Source: Dendrobates tinctorius
Taxonomy: Eukaryota
DNA length: 64,000 nucleotides
Assembly: GCF_039654945.1 (NCBI RefSeq)
Contig: NW_027361724.1
Location: forward strand, 13,454,001-13,518,000
Direction of reading: 5' to 3'
Position 1 is the stretch's first letter, and each line of letters starts with the position of its first letter. The notes under the pieces are model-generated. The model was not told the origin of the DNA, searched no databases, and saw nothing but the letters and a program-made list of their open reading frames with translations. This document shows, piece by piece, positions 26,916 through 39,249 of the stretch. A program made the translations under genes and the position numbers.

Positions 26916-27234
26916 TAGTGATGAGCGAACGTGCTGGGATAAGGTGTTACCTGAACATGCTCGGATGCTAACAGAGTGTCTTCTGCGTACTTGAATAATA
27001 TGTTTGAGTCCCCGCGGCTCCATGTCTTGCTGCTGTTCGACCGCCACAACATATGCAGGGATCGCCTAACAAACAGGTAATCCCTGCAAGTTTTATGGCT
27101 GACAAACTGTCAAACAGCCAAGAGATATGCAGCCGCGGGGACGCGAACATATTATTCGAGTATGCCCAAGACACTCGGTTAGCACCTGAGCATGCTCAGA
27201 TGACACTTTATCCCAGCACGATCGCTCATCACTA
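26916..27234. mobile_element. hAT-type MITE
   Basis: TAGTGATGAGCGA ... TCGCTCATCACTA TIRs; 8-bp TSD GTCCTAAG/GTCCTAAT. Confidence 0.85.
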
Positions 27235-27486
27235 GTCCTAATAAAAAGGGATATGACTTATTCTGAGTTCACATTTATACAATGATCTTCGTCAAGCGCT
27301 TCACGTCCAAAACCCTGGTGTGGTGCCCCACTGAGAGCACTGTATAACTGTGAACCCATCCTAAGTAACAAATTCTCTTTCCATCAGAGCAGTCTTGTGT
27401 GTGATCGTGCTTTCCTACCTGTGATGGAAAAAATAGACATCATGTTAAAAAGTGCTAGGATATGGAATGTAATGAAATTAAATTAC

Positions 27487-27639
27487 CTGCAGCCTTGCCT
27501 CCTCTATGAAATCAAAGCATTCCGGGAAATGTGACGATAGGTCAGTCTCTGGCAGATCAAGGATGGAAAGCTTCTTATAGGTGAATTCATCTGGAAAAAC
27601 ATTTTCGACACCATATGCAACATTCAAGATATGTGTGAC
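27487..27639 (-). CDS. DUSP19: Dual specificity phosphatase 19, exon 3
   Basis: 153 nt, [51 protein letters not shown]; canonical TAG| and |GTAATT splice sites. Confidence 0.96.
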
Positions 27640-28762
27640 CTAGACAGAAAAGACCACACGTAACTAATCTCCGAAATCAGAGGATAAAGTTGAGCAAAAA
27701 GATTCATAGGACTCTTGTCGAGCCGCCATGTTGATACCACCGGACCAGAGCCTTGCAAACCTCCCCTACCTTTCAGCATCTCCGGCACTTCTTCCGATAA
27801 GTAAGCTGGCCATAAAGTCAATGATGACAGCCCACTGACCGGGGTCCTGCAAACCTTTTTGATGAACTCTAGATATATGGACAACTTTTTTTTTATATTA
27901 GCCATTGAAATCCATTAAAAATGTTCCACTGTTTGGCTTTATTCTGATGGGACAGTTATTACTTTTACCTATCTTTTTCTTAGCACCTTGAATCTAATTT
28001 AGGAGAACATCAAAGTTTAACTCAACTTTGATGTGGTCTTGGTCATAAATCATCTCAAAGAAGCTCAGAAAAACTCAGATAAAAGTATTACCAATTCTCT
28101 GTTAGAACTGCCCGACATCTGTGGGATCAGACCAGAAGACTAGTCTTCGTTTCCAACATCAATCAGATTTGGGGGCCTGGGACCATGATGACGGTTCACA
28201 GTTGTCCTTTCTTGGACCACTTCTGGAATGTACTAACCGCTGGATACTGGTAACGTTCTACAAGACCTGCTGTTTTGGAGATGCTCTTACCCAGTTATCC
28301 AGCCATCGCAATTTAGCCCTTCTCAGATTCATGCTTCCTCATTTTTCCTTCTTATGACACATCGATGACAACATCTGTGTATGTGTTTATCTCTACATGG
28401 AGAATCGGTTCCCACGGGTGCTGCAGGCTACATTTAGGACAGAACATTGGTATCTGATATCAGACTTTAACCTTGCCAGTTCCTTATAATAATAAGCCGC
28501 CATTTCTATGATTGGGATAATTTTTACTAAAGCCAGAAAAACTTTGCTGCAAGGATGAAACATGATGGTCTGGCTGAAATAAAATTATGTAAGGTATCCT
28601 TCACCATTTAAAAAGTGCAGATTCTCTATCTACAGGATATGCTAAATAATGAATGAGAGCACCAAACGTGTAGAGAGATGGAAGGTTTTAGATGAAGTTT
28701 CATTCCTCGTGCCCATTACTTTTCTTCACCATTCACTTTGCTATCGGAGACATTTGTTTTAC

Positions 28763-28809
28763 CTGGTACTTTTTCAGTGTATCACGGTCCTGGGCAACAT
28801 CTTGTGATC
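28763..28809 (-). CDS. DUSP19: Dual specificity phosphatase 19, exon 2
   Basis: 47 nt, (G)SQDVAQDRDTLKKYQ; CAG| and |GTAAAA sites; phases join exons 1 and 3 in frame. Confidence 0.94.
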
Positions 28810-28889
28810 CTGGTAAAATAAGAGTAAAACATCAATACACCGGACAGAATAGAATATTTTACTACATAATGAGTTACAAACACCCAACT

Positions 28890-29810
28890 ACAGTCGAGGC
28901 CAAAATTTGGGTTTTCACTAAGTTTGCTGCTTTCTTCCTTTTTTTAGTGCAACTTTTCAATAACTCTAAATTGTTTTGAAAGTGATCAAATGAATCTTTG
29001 CTTAACTAATCAATCACAAGAAAACAAATTTCCAATTAATTTCAGCCATGCTGTGAAGAAGATTTCACGGCGTCCAAGAATGTCCAGAGGGGGCCATGAC
29101 CACCTCCTAACGAGGATTCAGCTATGGGATGAACAGGTTTAGGGCATCTGCACGCACAGTGAGACGAAGGCTTTTGGACGTGGCCTAGTGTCAAGATGGG
29201 CAACAAAATTCTCTCCACAAGAACAATATCAATGACAGACTGACATTCTGCAGAAAGTGCAGAGATTGGGCTGCAGAGGACAGGGGGAAAGCTACTTTCT
29301 TCGATGAAGCCCAGACTGTTTTGGGACATCTGGAAGACTGAATGTCCAGAGAAGAAAAGGTGATGCTGCCATGAGTCCTCCTGTCATGCCAACAGTAGAG
29401 CATCCGGAGACAATTCATGGGTGGCCTTGCTTTTCATCCATGGAGGGGTCTCACTCATGGTTTTGCCATGACTAAAGAATGGTATCTATCTAAACATCCT
29501 CCAAAAGCAACTTCTCCCAACCATCCAAGAGCAATTTGGTGATGAACAAAGCATGATGGAGATCATGTCACAAGGTAAAAGTGACAACTGAGGGGTTCGG
29601 TGAAGAAAGCTTTGAAATTCATGGACAGGAAACTTCCCAGATCTCAGTCCCATTGAGAACCAGTGGTAAATCCTCAAAAAGCAGGTGGACAAAAAAAAAA
29701 AACTATGAAAACACAGACATTGTGATAAACTCCAAGCACAGATTAGACACCAATGTATTCTCATCAGTCAGGATTTGGTCCAGAAGTTGCTATCCAATAG
29801 ATCAGGGTGA
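28890..29810 (+). mobile_element. Highly decayed Tc1-like transposon relic
   Basis: Starts near TACAGT; remnants of FSDE, WPGNSPDL-PIEN-W-ILK transposase motifs with frameshifts. Boundaries are approximate. Confidence 0.55.
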
Positions 29811-30750
29811 AGGGAAGAAGTCCTGTGCCGTCCTTTTCATACCCATAGTACTCGAGTGTACGAAGTCTTGTAGGATGCTCACATCTAGCTCAGTATTGAG
29901 TCCACCATTGATCCTGGTCAAGTATCCAACGCCTTTGGCTGTGAAATATCCCCATATCATCAGGCGTCCTTATTGCTTGCGGTACTGACGAAATGTCGAC
30001 AGCACTACAAACAATAACGGAGCTCAGCGGCTCTGACATCAAGAGCAGCTCATCTCACTAAACGGCGGTGGTGCTGTCAGTGTGACATCAGCGCTGGGGA
30101 CAGTAACAGGCAGCAGGGAACTGAAACAAATTGCAGCGAGAGAACAATTTTCCAAAACTAGAAAGCCCTTTTAAAAAAAGATGCTCTTCAGTAGCAGCGT
30201 ATATCGGTCCGAGTGCAATCTGACAAAACATCAGGTGGCACTCGGACCAATGTTATTCTATGGGGCCGTGCACACAGCCGATTTCTTTTCCTCAGACTGA
30301 GCCAGTCCGCAAGGAAAAAAAAATACAAAACCAAAAAAACCCGACATGTCCAAGTTTGATCTGATGTTCACACTCGACCCTGAAAGTCAATGAGTTTGTG
30401 GAAAACATCAGACTGCACTTGGGATGACATCTGAGTGCAGTCTGATTTCCGCGCACTGACACAATGGAGAATATGGATATATTTTTTTTTCCATCTTCTC
30501 CTCATCTGAAAAAATTGGATCAAACTATGTTCAGTGTCATTAGCATCATCAACCCAATTCTCTAAGATGAGAGAATTTATGGTCGTGTTACCCCGACCTT
30601 ATACTGCACTTTATCTTATTGTGCCACCTCCATTATTTAGAATACTGTCAGTCAGTTAGAAGTTCTGTGCCCTGTATAACACACAGTAAGGAGAACATAT
30701 TACAATATACAGTCACAGGGACATATTAGAAGTGCGGTGTAGCCACTCAC

Positions 30751-30976
30751 CCAGTAAAAGCCATGGCTTGATGAGCCCAATCTGCAGGTCCAGGCTGAGG
30801 TCCTGCACGTATCCGCAGGCCGGTCCATCCTGCTGATCCGGATCATCCACCACTTGTACCAGAGAACCTTTCCAAGTCTCTATAATTCTCTTCCCGGATA
30901 GGGTGGTCACTCTCGTACACTGCTTCTTGAGTCTGTTTTTGGAGAAACCTTTGATTTCATCTCCAAGTGAGTGCAT
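30751..30976 (-). CDS. DUSP19: Dual specificity phosphatase 19, exon 1
   Basis: [36 protein letters not shown]...[22 protein letters not shown](G); phase-1 donor G|GTGAGT. The four exons total 651 nt = 216 aa plus stop. Confidence 0.96.
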
Positions 30977-31069
30977 CACATGGGTGTTCAGGAGCAGCAG
31001 AGGATCAGAGGGTAGCACAGCCGCCCAGTATCCCTGCAGTGTCAGCTTCTGTCTGTGTGCACATTGCTG

Positions 31070-31122
31070 TTATATATTCTACACTGCCTGCCATTGGGTC
31101 TTCTGTCACTGAGTCCCATTGG
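31070..31122 (-). promoter_or_regulatory. Candidate DUSP19 core promoter (TATA plus two CCAAT boxes)
   Basis: Minus strand: CCAAT at 31122-31118 and 31097-31093, then TATATAA at 31076-31070, about 95 nt upstream of the ATG. Confidence 0.55.
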
Positions 31123-31201
31123 TTGCTCTGTACAACCCTCAATCCAGAAAAGTGAAACCTGCAGCAAAAAAAGGAACATTCCTGGTCAGACACAATCCAG
31201 G

Positions 31202-31218
31202 AGCGCCCCCTGCTGGCA
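31202..31218 (-). promoter_or_regulatory. CTCF-binding motif between the DUSP19 and NUP35 promoters
   Basis: Minus strand TGCCAGCAGGGGGCGCT matches the CTCF core consensus. Confidence 0.65.
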
Positions 31219-32233
31219 GCTCTGGCGCCACACAGTTTTGTGCTGCAGACAGCACTTTGGACCAGCTCACACTTAGCAGCTTTGTTGCAGCTTTTCTGAC
31301 ACGGTCATTCTCACATGGATGAATAGTTACAAAGCCGCTGGCTGATTATTTTCCCTTCTATTGAGTAATTGTCAAGAGATATTCACCATCACCTTTTAGT
31401 CGCCGAGTAGCTCATGCTTCTTTTTTTTTTTCATTTTCAATATTTTAAAGAGTAACCGCCCTTTTATTTTCTATTTTATAAATCAATAGTACATAAGAAA
31501 AAGCAACATTGTAATAGACCTTATCAGAGAAATCTGCTTCTTTCTCCTCCTGGACTGAACTTTCACTCTCAATTTAAGGGTAACGTCTGTAAAATCTGCA
31601 TTTAACGTCTGCCCATTACTGATAGGAGATGGCAGCCGGCGCTCACAGAACTCTATGGAGGGAGGAAGAGCTAGAGGCAGAGACATTCCACTGCAAGTTC
31701 CATAGAAGCTTATGAGCACCAACTGTCATTATCTAGCGGGAGAGTCTTTAGTCACTAAATTCTGCATTGTTGTTTCTGGTGTCTCTCATCTTCCTCTTGA
31801 CAATAACACAAAGATTCTCCATATGTGATTACTACAGATCATAAACATCCAAGTCCTGATGTTCCTGGAAGGAAAAACACAAGAAGGGGAGCAGCTGGGT
31901 CCCTAATGCCTGAGGACCCGCACAGGCCTGCAGTGCATCTGTCTGCAGACCATAAAAAGGTACCCAGTGCTAAGCAGTGTGAACAGAACAGATTAAAAAA
32001 AATGTGCAAGGAACCTACAGAACTGTATTCATATCGCCTGACGCCTGGACCCAGTCTACAACAACATGGCCGCACAGAACACACGGCTGCACACATCAGG
32101 TCTCCATAGTAACCGAGATGTGAGGGGGGGTGGAACGCAGTCCGACAGCGCAGGCGCAGTGTCTCCATACCGCCTACCGTACTACCATCGCTCACGGCCA
32201 GGTGGGGCTCCAGCCCACGCAGACAAAAAAAGG

Positions 32234-32300
32234 ACTTCCGGGGGAAGTGACGCACGTCAGGACTTCCCGGCGCTCAGCAGTGCTGTTATTTGAATCGCGC
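32234..32300 (+). promoter_or_regulatory. NUP35 promoter motifs (ETS, ETS-CRE composite, CHR-like)
   Basis: ACTTCCGG at 32234-32241, GGAAGTGACG at 32243-32252 and TTTGAA at 32289-32294, in a CpG-rich stretch upstream of the ATG. Confidence 0.55.
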
Positions 32301-32314
32301 TCTGGGAGGCAGTC

Positions 32315-32342
32315 ATGTCCTCCTTGTCTCTGGACTCGCTGG
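32315..32342 (+). CDS. NUP35: Nucleoporin 35 (Nup53), exon 1
   Basis: GTCATG start, MSSLSLDSL(G), donor G|GTGAGT; phase 1 fits exon 2; lies in the CpG-rich promoter. Confidence 0.8.
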
Positions 32343-32511
32343 GTGAGTAGGACCCGGCGGCATTATAGCTGTCGGCTACGGAAGCTGTGAGGGGCAGACT
32401 TTACAGGAAGTCATTGCTGCAGTATGTAGTAGACGCGTCAGCGGAGCAGGTCCTGTGTGCAGCTGCGGGTTATGGCAGCCGGCACTCGGCGTCCTAGTAT
32501 CAGTCTGCTCC

Positions 32512-33284
32512 GCTGACGGGCCTGCTCCGTCCGCCCACAGGGTACGGGCTGCCACGCACCCTGCTGACGGGCCTGCTCCGTCCGCTCACAGGGTACGGGC
32601 TGCCACGCACCCTGCTGACGGGCCTGCTCCGTCCGCTCACAGGGTACGGGCTGCCACGCACCCTGCTGACGGGCCTGCTCCGTCCGCTCACAGGGTACGG
32701 GCTGCCACGCACCCTGCTGACGGGCCTGCTCCGTCCGCTCACAGGGTACGGGCTGCCACGCACCCTGCTGACGGGCATGCTCCGTCCGCTCACAGGGTAC
32801 GGGCTGCCACGCACCCTGCTGACGGGCCTGCTCCGTCCGCTCACAGGGTACGGGCTGCCACGCACCCTGCTGACGGGCCTGCTCCGTCCGCTCACAGGGT
32901 ACGGGCTGCCACGCACCCTGCTGACGGGCCTGCTCCGTCCGCTCACAGGGTACGGGCTGCCACGCACCCTGCTGACGGGCCTGCTCCGTCCGCTCACAGG
33001 GTACGGGCTGCCACGCACCCTGCTGACGGGCCTGCTCCGTCCGCTCACAGGGTACGGGCTGCCACGCACCCTGCTGACGGGCCTGCTCCGTCCGCTCACA
33101 GGGTACGGGCTGCCACGCACCCTGCTGACGGGCCTGCTCCGTCCGCTCACAGGGTACGGGCTGCCACGCACCCTGCTGACGGGCCTGCTCCGTCCGCTCA
33201 CAGGGTACGGGCTGCCACGCACCCTGCTGACGGGCCTGCTCCGTCCGCTCACAGGGTACGGGCTGCCACGCACCCTGCTGACGG
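32512..33284. repeat. 51-bp GC-rich minisatellite in NUP35 intron 1
   Basis: Unit GCTGACGGGCCTGCTCCGTCCGCTCACAGGGTACGGGCTGCCACGCACCCT, about 15 almost identical copies. Confidence 0.97.
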
Positions 33285-35020
33285 ATTTCAGGGTTAAATT
33301 CCCGGCTGACTTCCTTTCTCCGGGCATGCGCACTGTAAAATGCGGATTCTACAGCAAAAAAAAAACGTTGCATTGTCCGTCCAGGCATGCCAGCGGACGC
33401 AAACTTTTTGGCGGATCTGCAAAAAAAACGGATCCAACGGATGGCCATCCGTCAAGATCCGCCGGTAATGCAACTCAATGGGGGGAAAGAATGCATCCGC
33501 CAAAAAAAAAAAAGGCAGATCCGTTTTTTTCAAAAACTGGCGGATTTTGACTGATGGTCATAAACGGAAGTGTGAAAGAGGCCTTACTCCACAGAAACCA
33601 TACGTGATTGGTCCGTTCTGCCCTAATTGTACAAGCCAGGAGCGGATTCAGAAGAAATATGAAAAGTAAGAGTAGATGCAGAATTCCCATATATTATCTG
33701 CTTGGGGCTTTAATGGTGCATTTCACCCCATGCATTGCAAACCGTTAAAGGGATTGTCCAGCCTTGGGCTACAAGTCTGCAGTCACTGTATATGTGAATC
33801 CTAACATTGAGTGCGGTCAGGATTCTCTGGCGATCATGTGACTACAAGTATAATATGCATGCTCCGGCCACAGTCAGACTAGACTGTCTGGCTTTGCTTA
33901 ATACACTTGTACTGAGCGAGCCTGCACCCACCTAGGTGGCACGTGACCGCATGTATGCAAATCTCCTACTTGCGGTTACATGATCACAGCAGTGAATCCT
34001 GACGGAACATGTGTTGTGATTCACCGCTCTGCCACCACTCTGAGGCCAGACAGCCCCTTCTCAATCAGCAGACTTGCCCTGTGTTAAATAACACTTAGGC
34101 TATACGCACACATTAGGTATTTGGGGCAGGCGTTTGTATCTCTTGGCAGGAAACGTGTGTTCTTTGCTGCAGGTTTTTTTCCCCAATCATTAGTATGTGT
34201 GACGTCTGCAGCAGACACTAAAAGAATTGAGGTTCTGCAATGGTAAATCCCCCACCAAATGTGCATCGTGAGCTTCACCCCCTAAAGGCAAGACTAAGGC
34301 TAGATGCGCACTTCTGTGTGCTGTTTTTTCTTCCTTTTTCTTCCCCCTCATACAGCAGCTGGGCCATAGATTTTAATTTCCAGTTTTATAAATGGATCTG
34401 CCTCTGATTCTTGTCTTGAATCAGATTGGACTCATTAGTCTGGTAAACACGGCTGAAATACATTGCCGCACAAAGTCTGATCTCCGCATCAGTGTTTCAT
34501 CCATATGTGTTTGTTTGTTTTTTTTTGGTTGTGTTACCTGTTTCATCAAGTCAGTGGACAAATAAAAATGGAGTTTATGTTCAGTTTTTAAAGATCAGCA
34601 CAGATGTGTGAATTTCGTCTTGCACGTCTCCTTCCTGCTGGATCTACTTCTAGCATTTGTTCAGATAACGACGCCTCAAATTTTTTTTTTTTTTTGTGTA
34701 GGTCACTTTTAATATAGAAAATCCTGACATCTTGCAGTTTTCAGTCTGGTTATCCAACTTCATAATAGACTGATAATCCCTATTCTGCACAAATCGTTTC
34801 TCAGCAGTCTCATCACAGACAGGATTACAATGAAAGGTGACACTTTATATAAATGACCCAGGATTCAACATTCACAATAGGTGATGGTCACATCTCACCT
34901 GCTCTCCCTTTCTGCACATAGTGCACCTTGAAAACTCTCCCAATAGAAGTCAATGAACCTCTCCAGTCTTTCGTGTCGTTTGGTTCATGCAACGTCTCTA
35001 AATCTTTCAATTAAGGTTAA

Positions 35021-35724
35021 GGGGTGGTCCGGTCTAGACCAGCGGTATTGTGTTAAGGTACTGTCACACTAAGCGATATCGCTAGAACTTGTGACGTTAT
35101 AGCGATATTGCTGTGTCTGATACTTGCCTCCAACCCGCTCCCCCGTTGCTTATCGCTGATCGCGCAAGAACTGTTTCTCGTCGTCGGCTTCCTGTGGAGA
35201 GACGGGCGGGAGGACGCAGGATTGCCTAGTGTGACAGGTAAGTAGCGACCCCTGTCCCCAGCGATGTCGCTTGTGAGATCTGCCTGTGTGGCAGCTCACT
35301 AGCGACCACATAGCGATGTGCCAGCGATCCTGACCGCGTCATATCTTTGGTCGGGATCGCTGGTGCATCGCTAAGTGTGACAGTACCTTACTACATACTC
35401 CTGGGCAGAACCCATCTACTGGGCGCGGCCTCATTCCATACACTTGTATGGAGCGAGGCTGTGCCTGCTGGATGGCTGCGTCACTAGACGAGTGTATGGA
35501 GCGAGGCTGTGCCTGCTGGATGGCTGCGTCACTAGATGAGTGTATGGAGCGAGGCTGCACCCGGTAGACTAGGGGTCTGGCCTGGAATATGTATAACGCA
35601 TATGTACCTGCTGGTCCTGGCTCAAAAGCTGTCTAATCCTTGCGCACAGTGTCTGCATTGGGGGTTTCATAAGTCTACAGTCACAGTGACTGCACACTAA
35701 TTGATTTAGACCGAACAACCCCTT
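35021..35724. mobile_element. T2/Kolobok-type MITE with a nested Harbinger-type MITE (about 35057-35387)
   Basis: Outer AGGGGTGGTCCGGTCTA ... TAGACCGAACAACCCCT; inner GGTACTGTCACACTAAGCGAT ... ATCGCTAAGTGTGACAGTACC. Confidence 0.65.
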
Positions 35725-35978
35725 TGAGGAAAAGCTGCGGTATTACTGCCACTCGCACACAAGTCTGAGTTCTGACACGTTCTAGACACTTGTCTCAAGA
35801 TAGTGATGGCGATTATACCACTGCTGAGACCACCACGATGTGGAAACGGCGTCTACCACCACACGGCACCATTTTCTGTAGCTTTCTCACCCTTGGTTGT
35901 GGCACTCTGGTGATTATGGCATGGTAGATATAATGGAAAGATACATCTCATTAATACTATTTCTCTCTTTAGGCACAG

Positions 35979-36137
35979 GTGGCGAACCGATGACACTGGG
36001 GTCACCAACCTCTCCGAAGCCTGGTGGCGGTGCCCAGTTCCTGCCTGGTTTCCTCATGGGTGATATCCCAACTCCTGTAACGCCACAGCTGCGTTCATCA
36101 CTGGGCATTATGGAGCTGCGATCCCCGTTGATCGGAG
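35979..36137 (+). CDS. NUP35: Nucleoporin 35, exon 2 (alternative in-frame start at 35973)
   Basis: [36 protein letters not shown]...ELRSPLIG; donor G|GTATTG. Confidence 0.93.
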
Positions 36138-36729
36138 GTATTGGAGAAGGAAGCTGCTATTGTACTCGTGTCACTTGTATGGGAGCCTTAGACTATGATA
36201 TTACTGGGTATTTGGGGAGTTTTTGATGTTGCAGTGATTCTTTGCTTGTTAGCTAAATTAGGTTACAATAATAATAATTAATTTTTTTTCCAATGGAGTC
36301 TGACAGTGCAGTTTTTGTCTTTTTGTTTTCAATACAGCTTTTTTTATTTTTTATTTTATGCTTCCTGTTTGGCTTTGACAAATCTCTATCTTTTTTTTTT
36401 TTTTGGGGGGGGGGGCTATAAAATGCACCTATATTTTAGAGGACGAAAATAGAAAAAAATTGAAGCAAAAAATGTGTTAATGACACTTGTTATGGGGATG
36501 GTCTGCCGCTAACACTGCTATAGGGGTAATATCTGCCATCTTGGCATATATGGCCGCTGCCATCCCCATCCTTGCGTACATGGCCACCCCCACACTGCAC
36601 ACAAAATAGTTTTTTTTTTTTTTTTTTTTTTTTGATCTGCTCCTGGTTTTTAATAACTAGAATGACTCCCGATACACTTTTTATATGAACATCCAGCAGT
36701 ATTGTCACTTTCATAACTTTGTTTATTAG

Positions 36730-36857
36730 GGACTTCTCCCCCTCAGCCTATGCTTCCAGCTCATAAGGATAAGAGTGGCGCACCCCCGGTTGCAAGCATT
36801 TATGATGATCTAATAAGCCCAGGTCTTGGATCTACACCTTTAAGTTCAAGAAAACTG
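36730..36857 (+). CDS. NUP35: Nucleoporin 35, exon 3
   Basis: [42 protein letters not shown]; TAG| and |GTAAAT sites. Confidence 0.95.
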
Positions 36858-37463
36858 GTAAATTATATTTTTTTCAATTATTTAAAAACTAACCTCCTTA
36901 AACTTTGTATGCTTTGGTTGCTGTCAGGTTTTTATCTTTATGGAGCCCTGGCTTGGCGTACATTCACATGACCACTGCAGCCAGTCACTGGCCGCAGTGG
37001 TGATAGAATGAATCTGCCACTCATCTGCTGAGAATGATTGGCTGCACTGGTCCCTTCATCAAAGACTGGCATAGACCACCGAAGCATCGATACTGAAGTG
37101 TATGGTGGTTTTAATTATTAAATGTTTGTTTTACTACAGAAAACTTCCTTGGCTCATGTTCTCACTCGGCCTCAGTACTGTTTTGTGTGGGTATTTATTT
37201 ATTTTTTTTCATATGGGAACTTGGCATTTAAGCCTCAGTATGAACTCCAATTTAAATTGAATAAAGAAATGTCCCACTGGACAAAAAGAACCTAGATAAC
37301 ATCTGAAGATGCCAGTGGATCCAATGGCAAAATATATGATGTCTGAACACAAAATAAAATACAAAAAACATAATGACAAGACGTAAAACCATGGACGGAC
37401 ACAGCACATATAATATAGAAAATAAATAGGGGCCATAGAGGAGGGTAATATTGAGTAATTTAA

Positions 37464-37784
37464 GGCTATGTGCACATGCAGCGGATTCTTCTGTGGATCC
37501 ACAGCATATTTGGCCCTGCTAATCAGTAGCAGATCCACAGACATTGTTCAATACAATGTTAGCCAATGGGATTTCAAATCCGCAGTGCACATGCTGTGGA
37601 TTTTTCCACGTGGATTTGCTGCCGTTTTAAATCCGCAGCATGTCAATTCTTCAGATTCCACAGCGGTTTGACACCTGTTCCATTGTCAATCCACAGGGGA
37701 AAACCGCTGACAAATCCGCAGGTCACTTTACCTGCCGTTTTACCTGCAAATACGCAGGTGAATCCGCAATTTGTGCACTCGCCC
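37464..37784. mobile_element. Harbinger-type MITE
   Basis: GGCTATGTGCACA ... TGTGCACTCGCCC with TAA flanks. Confidence 0.65.
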
Positions 37785-37968
37785 TAAAGCTCCCTGAAAA
37801 AGTGTAAATTAGCATTGGAGGTGAGGTAGAGACCACAATGCACGGGTTGTGTTTTTTTTTTTTTTTTTTTCTTCTTTTTGGTCTGCTCCTCGTTATGTAT
37901 TGCATCCTAAGTGGTGGGATTTGCTGGTTTTGCCTTTTTTAAATTGCACATTTTTGCACACCAGTATT

Positions 37969-38573
37969 AGGACCCCGTCACACATAGCGACTCGCCAGCG
38001 ATCCCGACAACGATATCACCTTGTCAGGATCGCTGGGAGTCGCTATGTGATCGCAGGTGAGCTGTCAAACATGCAGCTTCACCAGCGATCAGCACCAGCG
38101 ACATGCGGGTAACAAGCGACGCACATCGCTTAGTTACCCGTAGTGTATTTTAGTTACCAGCGTGCTGATGCAGGGAGCTGGTAACCAAGGTACACCAGGT
38201 TTCTAAGGGGCGTGCAGCACTTAGAAACCTGATGTGTACATTGGTTACCAGCTCCCTGCATCAGTGCTCTGGTAACTAAGGTACATATTGGGTTTCTAGG
38301 CACAGCACGCCCCTTTAGAAACCTGATGTGTACCTTAGTTACCAGCTCCTGGTCACTGGTCTCCTGCCTGTCACACGCAGCGATGCGTGCTGACCAGCGG
38401 GAGACCAGTGACCCCAAAAATGTCCAGACATTTCAACAGCGATACCCGGCAGGGGGGGCGGTCGCTGATAGCTGTCACACACAGCGATCTCGCTGGGGAG
38501 ATCGCTGTTGCGTCACAAAACTTGTGACTCAGCAGCGATCTCGCTAGCGAGATCGCTGTGTGTGATGGGGGCT
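37969..38573. mobile_element. Harbinger-type MITE with internal inverted repeats
   Basis: CCCCGTCACACA ... TGTGTGATGGGG TIRs with TTA flanks; GGTAAC/GTTACC internal motifs. Confidence 0.65.
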
Positions 38574-39249
38574 TTAGCACTTTACGTGTGCTGCTAACTT
38601 TGTTACTGGATTGGTCTATTTGTTATGTTCTCTTATGGTTTAATCTTGCTTAAAATGATTTATTACTCTATGTCCAGTATCTGTTTATTTTCTATATTAC
38701 ATATGCTGTCTGTCCGTCTCCTATAAACGCAAGGAGCAGCGCGAGTGTTTCTGCATCCTGGTACGGTCTGACTGAGTTTCTGAGACCAAACATTAGTCTT
38801 GTGTCTTCCTAAGAGATATTCGGGAGATCCGCAGCCCCTCCGTACTCAGATCATTGTGAAACGTGGATGTGTGACACCAGCTGTTTTTCGCAAGACTTGT
38901 GTTATTTCCTTCTTTTTTTTTTTTTTTTCAATGAAGCAACATTAAATGATTCAGAGAAATACACATTGTTAATGTGGTAAATGTTTATTTTAGCTGCAAA
39001 CATCTGGTTTGTAATGCAATATAGGTGTATAGAGGCCCATTTCCAACAACCATCACTCCAGTGTTCTTATGGTACTTTGTGTTTGCTAACTCTGTAAGAA
39101 GGCTAATGGATTGTTAGAATACCCTTGTGCAAGTATGTTAGCACAGCTGAGAACAGTTTGGCTGACTAGAGAAGCTATAAACCTGACTGTCCTTTGAGCT
39201 AGTTGAGAATCTGGAGCATTAAATTTGTTGGTTCCATTAAACTCTCAAA

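Noticed and set aside
32438-33550. 257-336 aa ORFs on both strands
   Set aside because: They are artefacts of the 51-bp (17-codon) tandem repeat in NUP35 intron 1.
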